Shown piece after piece: positions 13,580-26,300 of a DNA stretch of 64,000 nucleotides; position 1 is the stretch's first letter; each line of letters starts with the position of its first letter. The stretch is from positions 86,425,995 to 86,489,994 of the forward strand of contig JAUZTB010000107.1 of the NCBI GenBank assembly GCA_034780895.1, given 5' to 3'. Made by a program: the position numbers and the translations under genes. The DNA comes from Rhynchobatus australiae. Its lineage: Eukaryota. The notes below the pieces were generated by a model. The model ran no database searches. It saw nothing but the letters and a program-made list of their open reading frames with translations, and was not told where the DNA came from.

Positions 13580-14170
13580 TCTCACTTGAAAGCCATAAAC
13601 TCTCTCCATCCCACTCTAATTCCTCTGTGACCTTCTGCACCCCTTCCACCATAGCTCCATGCAAGCTCAAGGAACAGCAGCTCATCTTTCAACTTGGCAC
13701 ATAGTTGCCTTCCGGGTACAAAACAGAATTCAACAATTTCAGATAACCAGCAATTCCAGTTCTCTATCTCATTTCCAACATTGCCTCTTTCTCCTTTTCC
13801 AGTAATATGAAATGACAGATAAACTTTAAAATTAATATCTCCTTTTGTTTTTCACTGGCCTTCATTCAGCCAGCTCCATCAACAGTTTCATCCATCACAT
13901 TCAGACTTTCCTTGTAGTTTTCTCCAACCCACCCCATTCTGCAATTAAGATATTTTAATTTGATTTTGATTAATGAAATATGAGAGATTAATGGCCTTTC
14001 ATCTCCATAAACACATGATTTGCTTAGTATTTCCTGCAATTTCTATTACATAAACCATTACTAGCCTTCCCAAGTTCTGACAAAGGGTGTTAAACCTGAA
14101 ACATTAATAGTTCCAAAGAAGCTGCCTGACCTGTTGAGCTTTTCCAGCAGCTGCGATTTTTCTGATTGTC
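13580..14170 (+). mobile_element. Penelope-like element 3' end: GIY-YIG endonuclease C-terminal remnant plus terminal repeat with a hammerhead-like core (14077-14105)
   Basis: aagctcaaggaacagcagctcatctttcaacttggcaca encodes KLKEQQLIFQLGT, then ...EFNNFR*. This is followed by ctgacaa-agggt..aacct-gaaac and gctgcctgacctg. Confidence 0.7.
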
Positions 14171-15121
14171 ATTTACTGCTCTTCCATTAATGACTGTAAA
14201 TCGTTAGCCATTCTACCACAACTGCAGCTCGAAGGCCTTCACCTAGATTCTTTGTGCAACTAAGCAATGAATGCANNNNNNNNNNNNNNNNNNNNNNNNN
14301 NNNNNNNNNNNNNNNNNNNNNNNNNNNNNNNNNNNNNNNNNNNNNNNNNNNNNNNNNNNNNNNNNNNNNNNNNNNNNNNNNNNNNNNNNNNNNNNNNNNN
14401 NNNNNNNNNNNNNNNNNNNNNNNNNNNNNNNNNNNNNNNNNNNNNNNNNNNNNNNNNNNNNNNNNNNNNNNNNNNNNNNNNNNNNNNNNNNNNNNNNNNN
14501 NNNNNNNNNNNNNNNNNNNNNNNNNNNNNNNNNNNNNNNNNNNNNNNNNNNNNNNNNNNNNNNNNNNNNNNNNNNNNNNNNNNNNNNNNNNNNNNNNNNN
14601 NNNNNNNNNNNNNNNNNNNNNNNNNNNNNNNNNNNNNNNNNNNNNNNNNNNNNNNNNNNNNNNNNNNNNNNNNNNNNNNNNNNNNNNNNNNNNNNNNNNN
14701 NNNNNNNNNNNNNNNNNNNNNNNNNNNNNNNNNNNNNNNNNNNNNNNNNNNNNNNNNNNNNNNNNNNNNNNNNNNNNNNNNNNNNNNNNNNNNNNNNNNN
14801 NNNNNNNNNNNNNNNNNNNNNNNNNNNNNNNNNNNNNNNNNNNNNNNNNNNNNNNNNNNNNTGCTAATGTCCAGATATGAAACACAACAAGCAGGCAGCA
14901 TTATTTGTCAAGCCACCTGCAAAACCACAAAACTTGTTACTTTTCATTCCATGACAGAGCGAAATTAAGGAATTTAAAGAATAGCACTGAACTTCAACTC
15001 AACTGTTTCCACCTACATCCCTACAGAACGCAAGTGAGATTAAGTTGACATCAACACATATACTTTTCACAAGACTTTCTCTGCAATGCTGTACAAAACT
15101 CTCAACATCTATTACTAATAC

Positions 15122-15874
15122 CTTGCATAGAATTGTCATTAGTCTGTGATAAAGCAGCTGCTGATGGCAAGGCATCCTGTGTTTGGACTTCTACAATGTC
15201 CTCCTCTTCCTCCTCCTCCTTTTCCTTTTCTTCTTTTTCCTTTTCCTCCTTCTCCTCAGGTGCTAAGTCTACTTCATTCTCTTCAAATTTCGGTGCTTCA
15301 GGCTCAGAAATGGGACTGATGTGAGATTCCTGCCGAGCTTCTGAAACTTCCAAATCCTGCTCTGTTGAAAGCTCCAGTCCATTTGTCAACTTCGGTTCTT
15401 CAGGTTGTGCAATGGGCGAATCCATTACAGGTTCAAGCGGGGTTTCAAGTGGAGGCTCGGGTACTTGACTCGGCTCAACTTCCTGTGTTGGCATAAAACC
15501 ATTACTTTCCACTGTCAAGTCTTTTGAGCTAGATTCATCTGGAATTGCCTCTTCTTTCTGTAGCTCTTGTACCTCTGTTTCACTTTTCTGCATTTCTTTA
15601 GCTACCTGTGGCAAAGAAATAGGTTCTGCCAAAGGGTTCATTTCATCATCATCACCATCAGGTGGCACAGAATCTGTCACAGTCACATCACAAGGGATTG
15701 CAATGTTTGTAGTGTCCTCTGGCTCTGTGATTGGAGTTTCCTGGACTTCTTCAGAGTCTGTTTCTTTAGTGTTATTTTCAGATTTGCTTTCTACAATTTC
15801 AGGTGAAATAGATTTCTCAAGTTGGTTCAGTTCTTCTACTGGTTTAGATATCACTGCAGGAGACTTGGGCTTAT
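15122..15874 (-). CDS. EIF4G1: eIF4G1 coding exon 8, large acidic/Pro-rich low-complexity exon: (D)KPKSPAVIS...TNDNSMQ
   Basis: 753 nt, phase 1/1. Acceptor attttcatag|, donor CAAG|GTATTA. Lies within ORF 15102..15887 and includes the PIAQPEE motif and a Glu-rich tract. Confidence 0.93.
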
Positions 15875-16650
15875 CTATGAAAATCAAAAAAGATTACTTA
15901 ATACCAGGAACATCACGTACAACTCAAAACTGACAATGAGCTTTTGGGAGAGATAACAACATGGTGAAGTTGATAATTGTCTAGACAAGTCCTAAACCAT
16001 AGGTCAAGGCAGTACTGAGGCAGTTTGCATCCAACTGTATGACATTATGAGTATATGACTTGTGGATTTTCTCCAATATGTTGTTTAAAGCTTCAGCAGC
16101 CACCCTGTGCCTCTGAGGAATATCTAATATAAACGTTTTAATCAAGTTTGGGCTCCAGCCAATGAACATTTACCGAATTTCAAACAGATTTTGCAGTTCA
16201 ATAGACAGATGTCTAATCAGTACAAGGAAATAACTTAAAACTCCATTAAAATATAGGAAAATGGTATCACTCCTGGAGGAGCTAATCCAATTGCACTTGT
16301 TTTCAGTAAGCTACCACACTATAACTGAAGAAATTGGCACAAGCGTCAAAATGGTAAATAACTAAATTTGGTACTAATAAATTAATCAAGGTCCAAGCAA
16401 TGTAAACTTCGAGTTTAGGGTACAAGTTTGTAAATGATTTGGATACAGTTTCTTGGAAGAATTCTCCCAAAACTTGAATATATTAAAAAAAATCACTAGT
16501 TACAAAAATATGCTTGGAACCATATCTCAATAAAATTGTGCAGTTTGGTTAATGACCATCCATACTAAAAAATACCATCAATTTTTGTTGTGCAGAATTA
16601 AATTGTTGCCTCATTCTAATATTGGACTGAGCAGCTGAGCTTTAACTTAC

Positions 16651-16732
16651 CTGGCCGGATGACAACTGGTACCGGATGAGGACTTTCTCCATTTGCCTGT
16701 ACAGCACCACCTCCTTCTAAACTTCCTGCAGA
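16651..16732 (-). CDS. EIF4G1: eIF4G1 coding exon 7: SAGSLEGGGAVQANGESPHPVPVVIRP
   Basis: 82 nt, phase 0/1. Acceptor tataacag|, donor CAG|GTAAGT. QANGE..P...V.RP motif. Confidence 0.92.
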
Positions 16733-17239
16733 CTGTTATACAAGAAAGGACAGAAGACTGATAAATTTGTAATTAACATCCAATGTTTAGATTCCCGCCA
16801 AATAATTTGACACCCATTTAAAATTTCAATCAAAGATAGTAGCTGTTCTTAGGAGATTTGAAGCAGATTTCGACTGCAAAAAGTACACTAATAAAAACCT
16901 CTGTCATCCCCACAGAAATTGCTAAATAGCCAAAGATGAAGTATCAGTAACACCATTTAAATTTTGGTAGAAGAATCATTTCTGGCAGCACAGGTAATGG
17001 CAGGGGAGTGGGAATAATGTAGGATTAGGTGCAAATGAGTGGTTGACGGTCAGCACCTCAGTGGGCCAGAGCCTGTTCCTATATAGTATCTTTGCTGTAT
17101 ACACTTGCACACTTCATATGCAAACATTTACTTAAGTTAATATTACTCAGTATTCACAGAAGTTCTCAATGGTTGAAAAAAAATTCAGTCCCTGCTTTCC
17201 ATACAATCCAGAAAATTTGCAACACAAATGGAGACTATT

Positions 17240-18365
17240 CAGCTAATTGGATCCATGTTGAACAAAAAGCCAGCCAGCCTTAAACCTATCTTCCAGCCTT
17301 AGCCCTGTCTTATCCTTAGCCCTGCAGATCACATCCCTTCAAGTACTTTTAAATGTGACAGTTTTCACCTCCAACAGACATTCAGGTTACAGTACCAGAC
17401 CCTTTCTCACCTTCTGGGTTAAAAACAATTCCTCATTCCCCAATAATCCTTCTACCCGTTATTTTAAATCACTGACATTTGATCCATCTGCTAAGGGAAA
17501 TAGTTTCTTCCTATTCACTCCATATACATGTTATAACTTATGCAATCACCTCTTACCCCTCCGTTCCAAAGCAACCACCTCAGTCTATTCATAACGTTTC
17601 TTTACAGCTAATAATTTTCCATTTCAGTAGCATCCTTGTGCACCCCACTCTCTATTGCAATCCCATCTTACAGTTCCCTCTCCGAGATATGAATGCCCAA
17701 CTTGCAGACACACCATACACACAATCAAGTTTTGGGAGACTGCCGGGATGGATTTGTAGGCTGCTATGGGGCTGCATCATCTTCTGCTGGGTGGGAAGAG
17801 GTCATTTCCACATGCCTTCTCCTCCTCCCCCACCCAGACGAGCAGAGCTGGGAGCTCAGAGACAAGAGTCAGTCACTCTTCCCACATCTGCTTGCTCTCC
17901 TGTTGCAGATATTTACGTGATCCTCTCCCACGGTTTTTATTTCTGACTTAAGAACAGTTCAGGTTAGAAACAGTTCTCAGGAATGGAACCCTATTATAAC
18001 CTGGGAGCTGCCTGTATTTGTAATGTGGTGACTAGAAAAGTACACAAACTGTAGTCTAATTATTATAGCACAACTTCCTCTGCACTTGTAATCCTAAAGA
18101 ATAGCTCAAAGGAAACAATTCCATGTACTTTAATATTTATTGACCTTCCAGCTCAGCATTCCATTTACTTTTGCCCCCAAAACTGCATTAAGGACAACTT
18201 CATTATCTATGACTAATGACTCCATTCCTCCACAACTCTTGCTATCCTCCAAATTTATTGTGTGTTCACTTGCCTTGCTGCGCCTTTCCAAATGCATTAC
18301 CTCATTCCTCTGGATTAAACTGTATGCACCAATTTTTCTGCCTAATGGACTAGGCCATCTATAGG
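17240..18365 (-). mobile_element. Degraded CR1-type LINE fragment with a nested MITE
   Basis: ORF remnant NEVMHLERRSK...AKVNGML (CR1 KCEVMHFG...KANGML), plus CR1 3' end features. Confidence 0.7.
17669..18016. mobile_element. Tc1/Tigger-like MITE, same family as 11887-12134
   Basis: Shared right terminus aggaatg.aaccc...aacc.ggg.gctgcctgTA; TA-flanked. Confidence 0.55.
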
Positions 18366-19469
18366 AGACAAAAGACTGCACATGCTGTAACATGGAGCAA
18401 AAAACAAGCTACTAGAGAAACTCAGCAGGTCAGGCAGTATGCGTGAAGGCGAAGAGATAATCAATGTTTTGGATGGAAATCCTACTGGACCATCTTGGAA
18501 TCATGTCTGTTCACCCAACTAGAAATACCCTTTGTTGCTCTCTTGACCTTTCTCCTTGTACAACATCATCCNNNNNNNNNNTAGTGCTTTGGTCTCAACT
18601 CGGGCTACATTCCTCAAGTAACCGGCAGTGTTCTTTATTAAAAATGCAATTGGATAGAACTGGAATCTTAATTAGCTAAAGAGTTTATAGGAACAAAGGG
18701 TGATTGTTTAGCAGCATTTTATATTTTTTTTAGTTTTGTCAGTTAAATTCAACATCTGAATAATATGTAGCCATATTCCCAAACACCAAGATTATGGAGC
18801 TTGACAAGACAGCGTTTCAATAACGTTAAACTAACACTGAACAATTTGAAAACATGCAGAGAACTAATTTTACCACCCTATCTACAGGCGATACTGCTAG
18901 TCATATAGTTACCAACCTAACATTGTCAAGTAATGAAAAAGTATTAATCTCACTTTAGCATTACCACCTACAATTTTTCCTACCAGTTACCTTAAATCTA
19001 CGTCCCATAGTTATGGCGAATTCTGCTAAAGGAAATCGGTCCTTCCTATCCATTCTAGACCTTTCAATTTTATAAACCGATTATATCTCATCAGCCTCCT
19101 CTTTTCCAAAGAAAATAGCTACGGCTGTTGAGCAATTAAAAAAAATAGTTTTAATTGCACTGTTAAAAACATACCAATATATCAATTATTTACGTTCTGA
19201 ATTTACTGTTTAAACATTTAAATATTTCAATGGTTTAAGTGTTTCATTAATTTCATTTAAATCTAAATAAATCTAATGAAACAATTAAGTTTTTGACAGC
19301 TTTGAAAGCTAGTTACTAAGCTGTCTTTTTCTTCCACTGCATGTAGGGCTTGTTCTTGTTGAAAGTCCAGCTAGAATCTATGTGAATATCAAATACCTCA
19401 TCTATCCTTCTCAAAAAATGTAATCTAGTTAATCAAACCTTCATTAATTGCTAACAACACCTGAACAAA

Positions 19470-20280
19470 ATGGTTGCACGTTGAGTTGGTCATAAAGGAG
19501 GCAAATGCAATGTTAGCATTCATTTCAAGAGGACTAGAATATAAAAGCAAGAATGTAATGCTGAGGCTTTATAAGNNNNNNNNNNNNNNNNNNNNNNNNN
19601 NNNNNNNNNNNNNNNNNNNNNNNNNNNNNNNNNNNNNNNNNNNNNNNNNNNNNNNNNNNNNNNNNNNNNNNNNNNATGTAATGCTGAGGCTTTATAAGCC
19701 ATTGGTCAGACCACATTTGGAATATTGAGAGCAGTTTTGGCCCCATATCCAAAAGGATATGCGGGGATAGGACAGAGTCCAGAGGAGGTTTATAAGAATG
19801 ATCCTGGGAATGAAGGGGTTAATACGCGAGGAGGGTTTGATGGTTCTGGGCCTGTGCTTGCTGCAAAAGAAGGACCGGGGGTGGGGGGGTGGAAATCTCA
19901 TTGAAAACCAACCGAATATTTTAAGGTCTGGAGAGAATGGACGTGGAGAGGATGGTTTCCAGCAGTGGGAGAGTCTAGGACCAGAGGGCACAGCCTCAGA
20001 AAAGAATGACGTCTCTTTAGAACAGAGTTGAGGAGGAATTTATTTAGCCAGAGGTGGTGAATCTGTGAAATTCATTGCTACAGACAGTTGTGGAGGTCAA
20101 GTCATTGGGTATACTTAAAGCAGAGGTTGATAGGTTCTTGATTAGTAAGGGCGTCAGAAGTTATGGGGAGAAGGCAGGAGAATGGAGTTGAGAGGGAAAA
20201 ATAAATCAGCCATGACTGAATGATGGAGCAGACTCAATGGGCCAAATGGCCTAATTCTGTTCCTATGTCTTATGGTCTAA
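19470..20280 (+). mobile_element. Well-preserved CR1-type LINE 3' fragment
   Basis: KEANAMLAFISRGLEYKSKNVMLRLYK...LVRPHLEY; ends atgggccaaatggcct...cctatgtcttatggtct. Confidence 0.92.
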
Positions 20281-21279
20281 AATTATATAATTCTTCTGAA
20301 TAGCAGAATCGAGTAATTCCGAGACAAGAGGTTAGCAATGAGTTAATTAAGACTATGGTCAGAAAAACATTTCAGAACTTACTTCTTTCAGATCAAAGCC
20401 GTGATTCTTTTGCTACAAAATGAACTTTGGTACCAAAATGCTTGTAACAACAGAATGTAATTACAATCAAATACTACTTTTGGAGTGCAAGTCACTTCAG
20501 AGAATTCCATAGTCGTAAAAAGCACTTAAATACTTTGACAAAGTGAATGACCCATTCAAACAGATTTGAGGAACACCAACTCTGGACTGCAACATAGTGA
20601 ATACAATACCAGGATGACATCCAGTATTGATGGAACTAAGATGGGGTAAAAGGCGCCACACAAGACCAAACCTCCAATGTCAAAAGGAACAGAAAGCAAA
20701 GATGAAGTGCTATGTAACAGCCTTTGCTGCAGAAGATGGCAGCATAGAATTATACTGGAAATGGGGGAAAAATGTGATGATCTGCAGTGAAGTTGCTTTT
20801 TGCATCATATGGGACAGTAAATAATGGCCTGTTTTGCCTTCAAGTTCTTCCCAGCTCCCAAACACCCACCTGAATGCATCAGCCCTGAATTTGCTGGCTG
20901 CAATCTTCTCAAGTCTAAGTGACTTTGGAAGCCTCCAAGCATCTGATTGCATACTGTGGCATCTTGCTCAATTATTTGAATGGTGATGATTCAAGGTAAA
21001 ATATGGTTTTAAATAACTAAAATGTTACAAAAATTTTATAATTAAGCATGTGGATGTGTTTTAGGCTATTTGCATTTTAAAATTTAATTCAAGCCACTGG
21101 ATATTTCCAATTATAAATACTGTATTTAGTCACAATGTGGTCCTCTTTACACAGAAGAAATCCATTACTCAGTGGATGATGCTTTGCAGAACACCTCCGT
21201 TCAGCATGCAATAGCAACCAAACTTCCAGTTGTATGGCACTTGAATTGTCAACTCTCTCACTCAAGACTTTAGGTTTTA

Positions 21280-21580
21280 GCCCCCAACAACGATTCAACT
21301 AAACTTAACACAGACTCAAGGAACAGCATATCATCTTTTGACTGGGCACTTTCAACCTTCTGATTTCAACAGATTTAACAATTTCAGGTAAATAGGTAGC
21401 AACTTCTCCATACACACCCCCCACAACCATTTTGAAAATTTCAGATGTGTTTATCTCCTCCTAATGGTAACTTCAAGTCATCTCCTGTTAATCACTAAGC
21501 TTTACCATCACCCCTCAACCATATCACTTGTATTAGTCACTCACCCCATCTCCAAATGTCACAGACCTTCTGTTTTGTTC
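21280..21580 (+). mobile_element. Penelope-like endonuclease C-terminal remnant
   Basis: agactcaaggaacagcatatcatcttttgactgggcact (RLKEQHIIF*LGT)...aacaatttcaggtaa, paralogous to the 13.66 kb copy. Confidence 0.6.
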
Positions 21581-21681
21581 TNNNNNNNNNNNNNNNNNNN
21601 NNNNNNNNNNNNNNNNNNNNNNNNNNNNNNNNNNNNNNNNNNNNNNNNNNNNNNNNNNNNNNNNNNNNNNNNNNNNNNNNN

Positions 21682-22063
21682 CTTGGAGCGCAGAAGAATG
21701 AGGGGAGATTTGATAGAGGTTTACAAAATTATGAGGGGTATAGACAGAGTTAATGCAAATAGGCTCTTTCCACCTAGATTATGAGAGATAAGTACAAGAG
21801 GACATGGCTTTAGGGTGAAAGGGGAAAGGTTTAGGGGGAGCTTCTTCACTCAGAGAGCGGTGGGAGTGTGGAACGGGCTGCCATCTGATGTCGTAAATGC
21901 AGGTTCACTCTTGAGTTTTAAGAATAAATTGGATAGATACATGGACGGGAGCAGTCTGGAGGGTTATGGACTGGATGCAGGTAAATGGGACTAGCTGAAT
22001 AATATTTCGGCACAGACTAGAAGGGCCGAATGGCCTGCTTTCTGTGCTGTGTTCTATGGTTCT
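21682..22063 (+). mobile_element. Well-preserved CR1-type LINE 3' end
   Basis: LERRRMRGDLIEVYKIMRGIDRVN...RGHG; ends gggccgaatggcctg...ttctatggttcta. Confidence 0.92.
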
Positions 22064-22609
22064 AACTTAATATTGGTCTGGTCATTAAAAACCACTGAAG
22101 CAAAGATGAGAACACATATCAAACAAATCCTTGGCATAACTATGCAACCCTAAAAATTAAATCTATGTTGGGAATTCAATGGAAGGCAGGAGGAACATTT
22201 TACAGATGTGGGGGAGTTGGGAAGTGGTTTGCAGCTTTGGATCAGTTTTTAAGGAATCTGAAATGTCAACATGCATGCAAGAGAAAGCAACTCTATGTTA
22301 CGATCAGCCCACATTATTTGTATTACAGGAATGAATGAGCAGGGGAAAGAAGGTCACAATGGAGGCATCCACAAAATCTTATTTAAATGTATCAGGAAAT
22401 GACTAAAACACGGTTTTTCAGACAGAAAGCAGGGAAAAACAAAGAACTAACTTTGCTTGGTTCTCCACCTTTGTGCAACTACAGCTCACGTTTATAAAGT
22501 ACACTTAACGTTGCAAAACATTTCTTGGCACTTCACAAGACAACATCCAAACATAATTTGATACCAAGCCACAAATGGACTGGTCTGGTCAGAGTTAGCT
22601 TTTAAGTTT

Positions 22610-22770
22610 TAGAACATAGAACATAGAAAAACTACAGCACAATTCAGGCCCTACGGCCCACAAAGCTGGGCCGAACATATCCCTAATCTAGAAATTACCA
22701 GACCTACCCATAGCCCTCTATTTTATTCAGCTCCATGTACCTATCTAACAATCTCTTGAAAGACCCTATA
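22610..22770 (-). mobile_element. Short CR1-type 3' end
   Basis: (agaacat)n tail followed by tacagcacaattcaggccctacggccca. Confidence 0.75.
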
Positions 22771-23298
22771 ATTTGTTAACCATTTTTCTTCACAGATGCT
22801 GACAGAAGACTCCATTTCCAGCAACTTCTGTATTTAATTTGGAGGGTACAGAGCACAGTTCAAAAAATATTAGAAGTTCTGCATATTGGTATCTATAGTT
22901 TAATCGGTGACAGATGAAAAATACTATTAAAGTCCGAATTGACAGATCTACCAAAAGCAGCTGTAACACTGCAAATGTAGCAAAATCAAGTGAAATTTTA
23001 GAAAGCAAAGCCCTGAGAATGATCAACAGTATGCACAAAATTAATCTGCAACAAAAGAGGTAAAGATTTTTCAAAAATGAGATGATGTCTCATTTGAAAA
23101 ATAAAACCTGGCCTGCATATTTCCTACACAACCTAACACAGTGTACAATACCAATACATAATTGCCAATTATGTCTGTTTTTAAATGTTTCATTTATAAA
23201 ACTAAGGTAAAGCTGTATCAGGAAAGTGAAAAGCATAAGCCACACCCAGATTCTACAAGCAGGACAGTAGGAACCAGCACCCAGCATATATTACTTGC

Positions 23299-23391
23299 CT
23301 GTGGTGGTGTTGGTGTAGAACCTGATCTTCCTCCAGACATAATCTCTTCTGTGATGTCTTTTCCACCCTGGTTTGGATCCCTAATCCGGAT
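23299..23391 (-). CDS. EIF4G1: eIF4G1 coding exon 6 (PABP-binding region): [31 protein letters not shown]
   Basis: 93 nt, phase 0/0. Acceptor acttaatag|, non-canonical donor CAG|GCAAGT. Confidence 0.94.
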
Positions 23392-26300
23392 CTATTAAGT
23401 AAAATATCCAGAAAATAAACACATCAAGGAATCTTCCTGCTCATAAAAGTTGTCAACAAGAGAAGAATCTATTAATTCAAGACTTCACTTTGTTTTGATC
23501 TTTCCTCTACAGAAGTAGGCTTCATGTTAACAAAGACTACCAACTCATGGCAGGAAAGAATAGGAGAAAAGGAAAATCTAACATCTCCGCAATACAATTT
23601 GAAATGAAATTGAAGGGATTCTAAATGTACAGTGAATTTTCAAAGCATGAAAGCTATGACATAATTGTCATTCTTCTCTAACCAACAACAAAAAAGGCAC
23701 CACAAAATAGATATTGTACAAGAAACTGACAAGGTCAATTTAAAAAACAAACACCAACTTTGTGGTAAGTACTTCCATGTATTAATGGACACTACTTTAT
23801 GTAGCTACCTTTAAGTTTAAGATGACCAAATTGAAAAGCCTTCTTACACAGGAGAATGCATGCACAAAGCAAAATTTGATGTCATCAGTGTCACTATATT
23901 TCCAACTCAAAACTATTCCAATTAAGATAGGTATACCTCTACACTCACTTTCAAAGATTTAAAATTTAACTTCTTCACTCAGAGGGCAGTGAATCTTTGG
24001 AATTCTCTACCCAAGGCAGCTCTGGAAGCTCATTTGCTGAGTAAAATCAAGACAAATGGATGGATAGATTTTTTTTTACATATTGAGAAAAATAAGGGGA
24101 TTTGTGCTAGTGCAGGAGGTAAAATGATCTTACTATGCTGAATGGCCTACTCTTTTTTTAATGTTCTTATCCACAATTTTCAGTGGAAACCTAGAAAGTA
24201 CAAAACATGGAAATAATGGCAGATTGCTAGATGAAACTCTAGACATCCAACAAACAATAAAGAGAGCAAGACCAAACACCAACTAGGTGCTCTCTAGTTT
24301 AAATGTGATCAGATCAGCACTATGACAGTAAGCACTTCGGTTACAAAGGCCAACACTCTTCATTGCCAAATAGCAGTGTGGCAAGCTCTATAGGGGAAAG
24401 AAAATAAAAGCAAAAAATATGAAAGTATCGAGGAAATGAGGATCATTATAGGGCTCACATCAGCCCAAACAGGAAGCCTAGCTATATTATGCAGAATTCA
24501 ATTCTACTTCAGTTGCTATCACTTAACTTCAAGAACATCAAGAGGATGACTTATTGGTAACGAGAATCAAAATCATTGGATCAAAACTCATTACAGGGAA
24601 ATCCAAAGTGTAACACTGAGGAGTGGTTCGGCAGGTCAGTAACTGATGAGGTAGTCTTTTAGTCCAGCCATTTATCAGAGTCCCTATCTGTTCAAGCAGA
24701 TAAACAGGATTGCATGGAACTGCAGCTATGTTCTCTGCCAGTTTTTCAAAGAGGAAATACATTGACTGAGTATTCGATGGGCAAATAAAATGAAGTTAAA
24801 TGCACATGATGCTTTTAAAAACTAAGTAATTCATACCAATGAAAATAAATGCTATGAGTTGCAAAACACCAACATTATGATTGTGTGCAGTTTACCATAT
24901 GACTCAAAAGGCCAGAACTCACAACCAACCAAATCATGAAGTTTACTGGTTTTTTTCTCCTCTACTAAAAAGTCAAACTTACTGCAGAAAGGTAGACTAC
25001 ATTTACCAATGTAAGAATCCTTTCAAATGACTGGATTTATACTTTTGCAATGTTTCTCAGTCTTCCCACCTCGAAGAAAATGAGCCCCTCTTAATCTGCA
25101 GCAGTAAATTGTTTATGGTTTTTTGTTTACAAAATTACATATTTCAAATTATTTACTTTTCTTTCTCACTCTCACCAATCCAATCTTGCCTTTTACTCAT
25201 CCTGCATCTTATTTAATTCAACATTTCACATCCATTTTCTCACCATAAAAAATTAATTGGTTATAGAAATAAACTACTGATTCTTAATGCACTTGCATTT
25301 CCAGCAAATCCATTCCAAGCAATTTGAATTAAGGTTATGAGTCTAACTCAACATACACCATTATATTCTGGGCCACTAACAGAAGAATTATCGTGGAATA
25401 ATATGCATATAATTACAGCTTTTTCTGCCTATACAAGTGGCAGCCCTTCAGAACCATGCGCTCAAGTTCTGAAAGATGCTACACAAATTCCAGCTATTTA
25501 CTACCTTTAGAGGCCAGATGACTGCTAGAAGTTCAGCAGGAAACTCTTCTCAATCTTAAAGCAATTCACAGCATTATACCAAGCTAAGCAAAAATAAAGA
25601 CTGTCAAATAATTAAATTCATTGCAAGTAATGGCAACATTTTTCAAATTACACTTTAAATTTCACATCACTCCATAGGTTTGCCTCTCCATATTCCTTGT
25701 AAGCTCTTCCCATCCTACAAAACTTACAGATCCTTGTTCCTCTGCATTCCATCCTCCCAATGTCTTTCATCCCTTCTATCAGCAACAACAGGTTGATTAT
25801 CAAATGGCTTGGTTATTCCCCTCAAACTTAAGAGGAGCTATTTTGGAATACGTTACAGCAAGACATCCAACACTTGTGAAAGTCGATTCTGAGAGAAGGA
25901 TAAGCAGCAGAACTTTGCATAATAAAGTGATAATTTTATGTACATCAATTTATCAGAATTTAACACAGATCCAGAATCAACAGTGCAATTTTAAAGCTCT
26001 AGTGAATGGGGGAGGGGAGAGAGGATGACACTATAAAAGAAACCAGTGTACAGACTAGGCAGGGCCTGTAAAAACCCCAATGACAGCAGGACAAACACCT
26101 CTAGGTCCCTACCCGCACCTGTTAACTGCAGTCCTTACTGCTGGGACAATCATCTCCAGCTGGAGAGCAATTACCATATTGTGGTTTTCATTCATAAACT
26201 GTTATCGCTGTTGCGATTCTAGGTACAGCTACACCTCAGGTGTAACATGAAGAATGGGGCAACCAGATCAACAAGTAAATGGGATGTTGCTGGCAGACTG

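Noticed and set aside
14187-14968. Long ORFs in the provided track here and at 7.4-7.8, 33.9-34.9, 41.6-41.9, 44.6-45.6 and 63.0-63.4 kb
   Set aside because: They are read-through of N gaps (poly-X), not coding sequence.
15133-15933. Plus-strand Ser/Phe-rich ORFs
   Set aside because: They are antisense shadows of the Glu/Lys-rich EIF4G1 exon.
19553-19698. Direct repeat atgtaatgctgaggctttataag on both sides of a gap
   Set aside because: Identical sequence flanking a ~100-N gap inside a colinear CR1 is most likely a contig overlap artefact.
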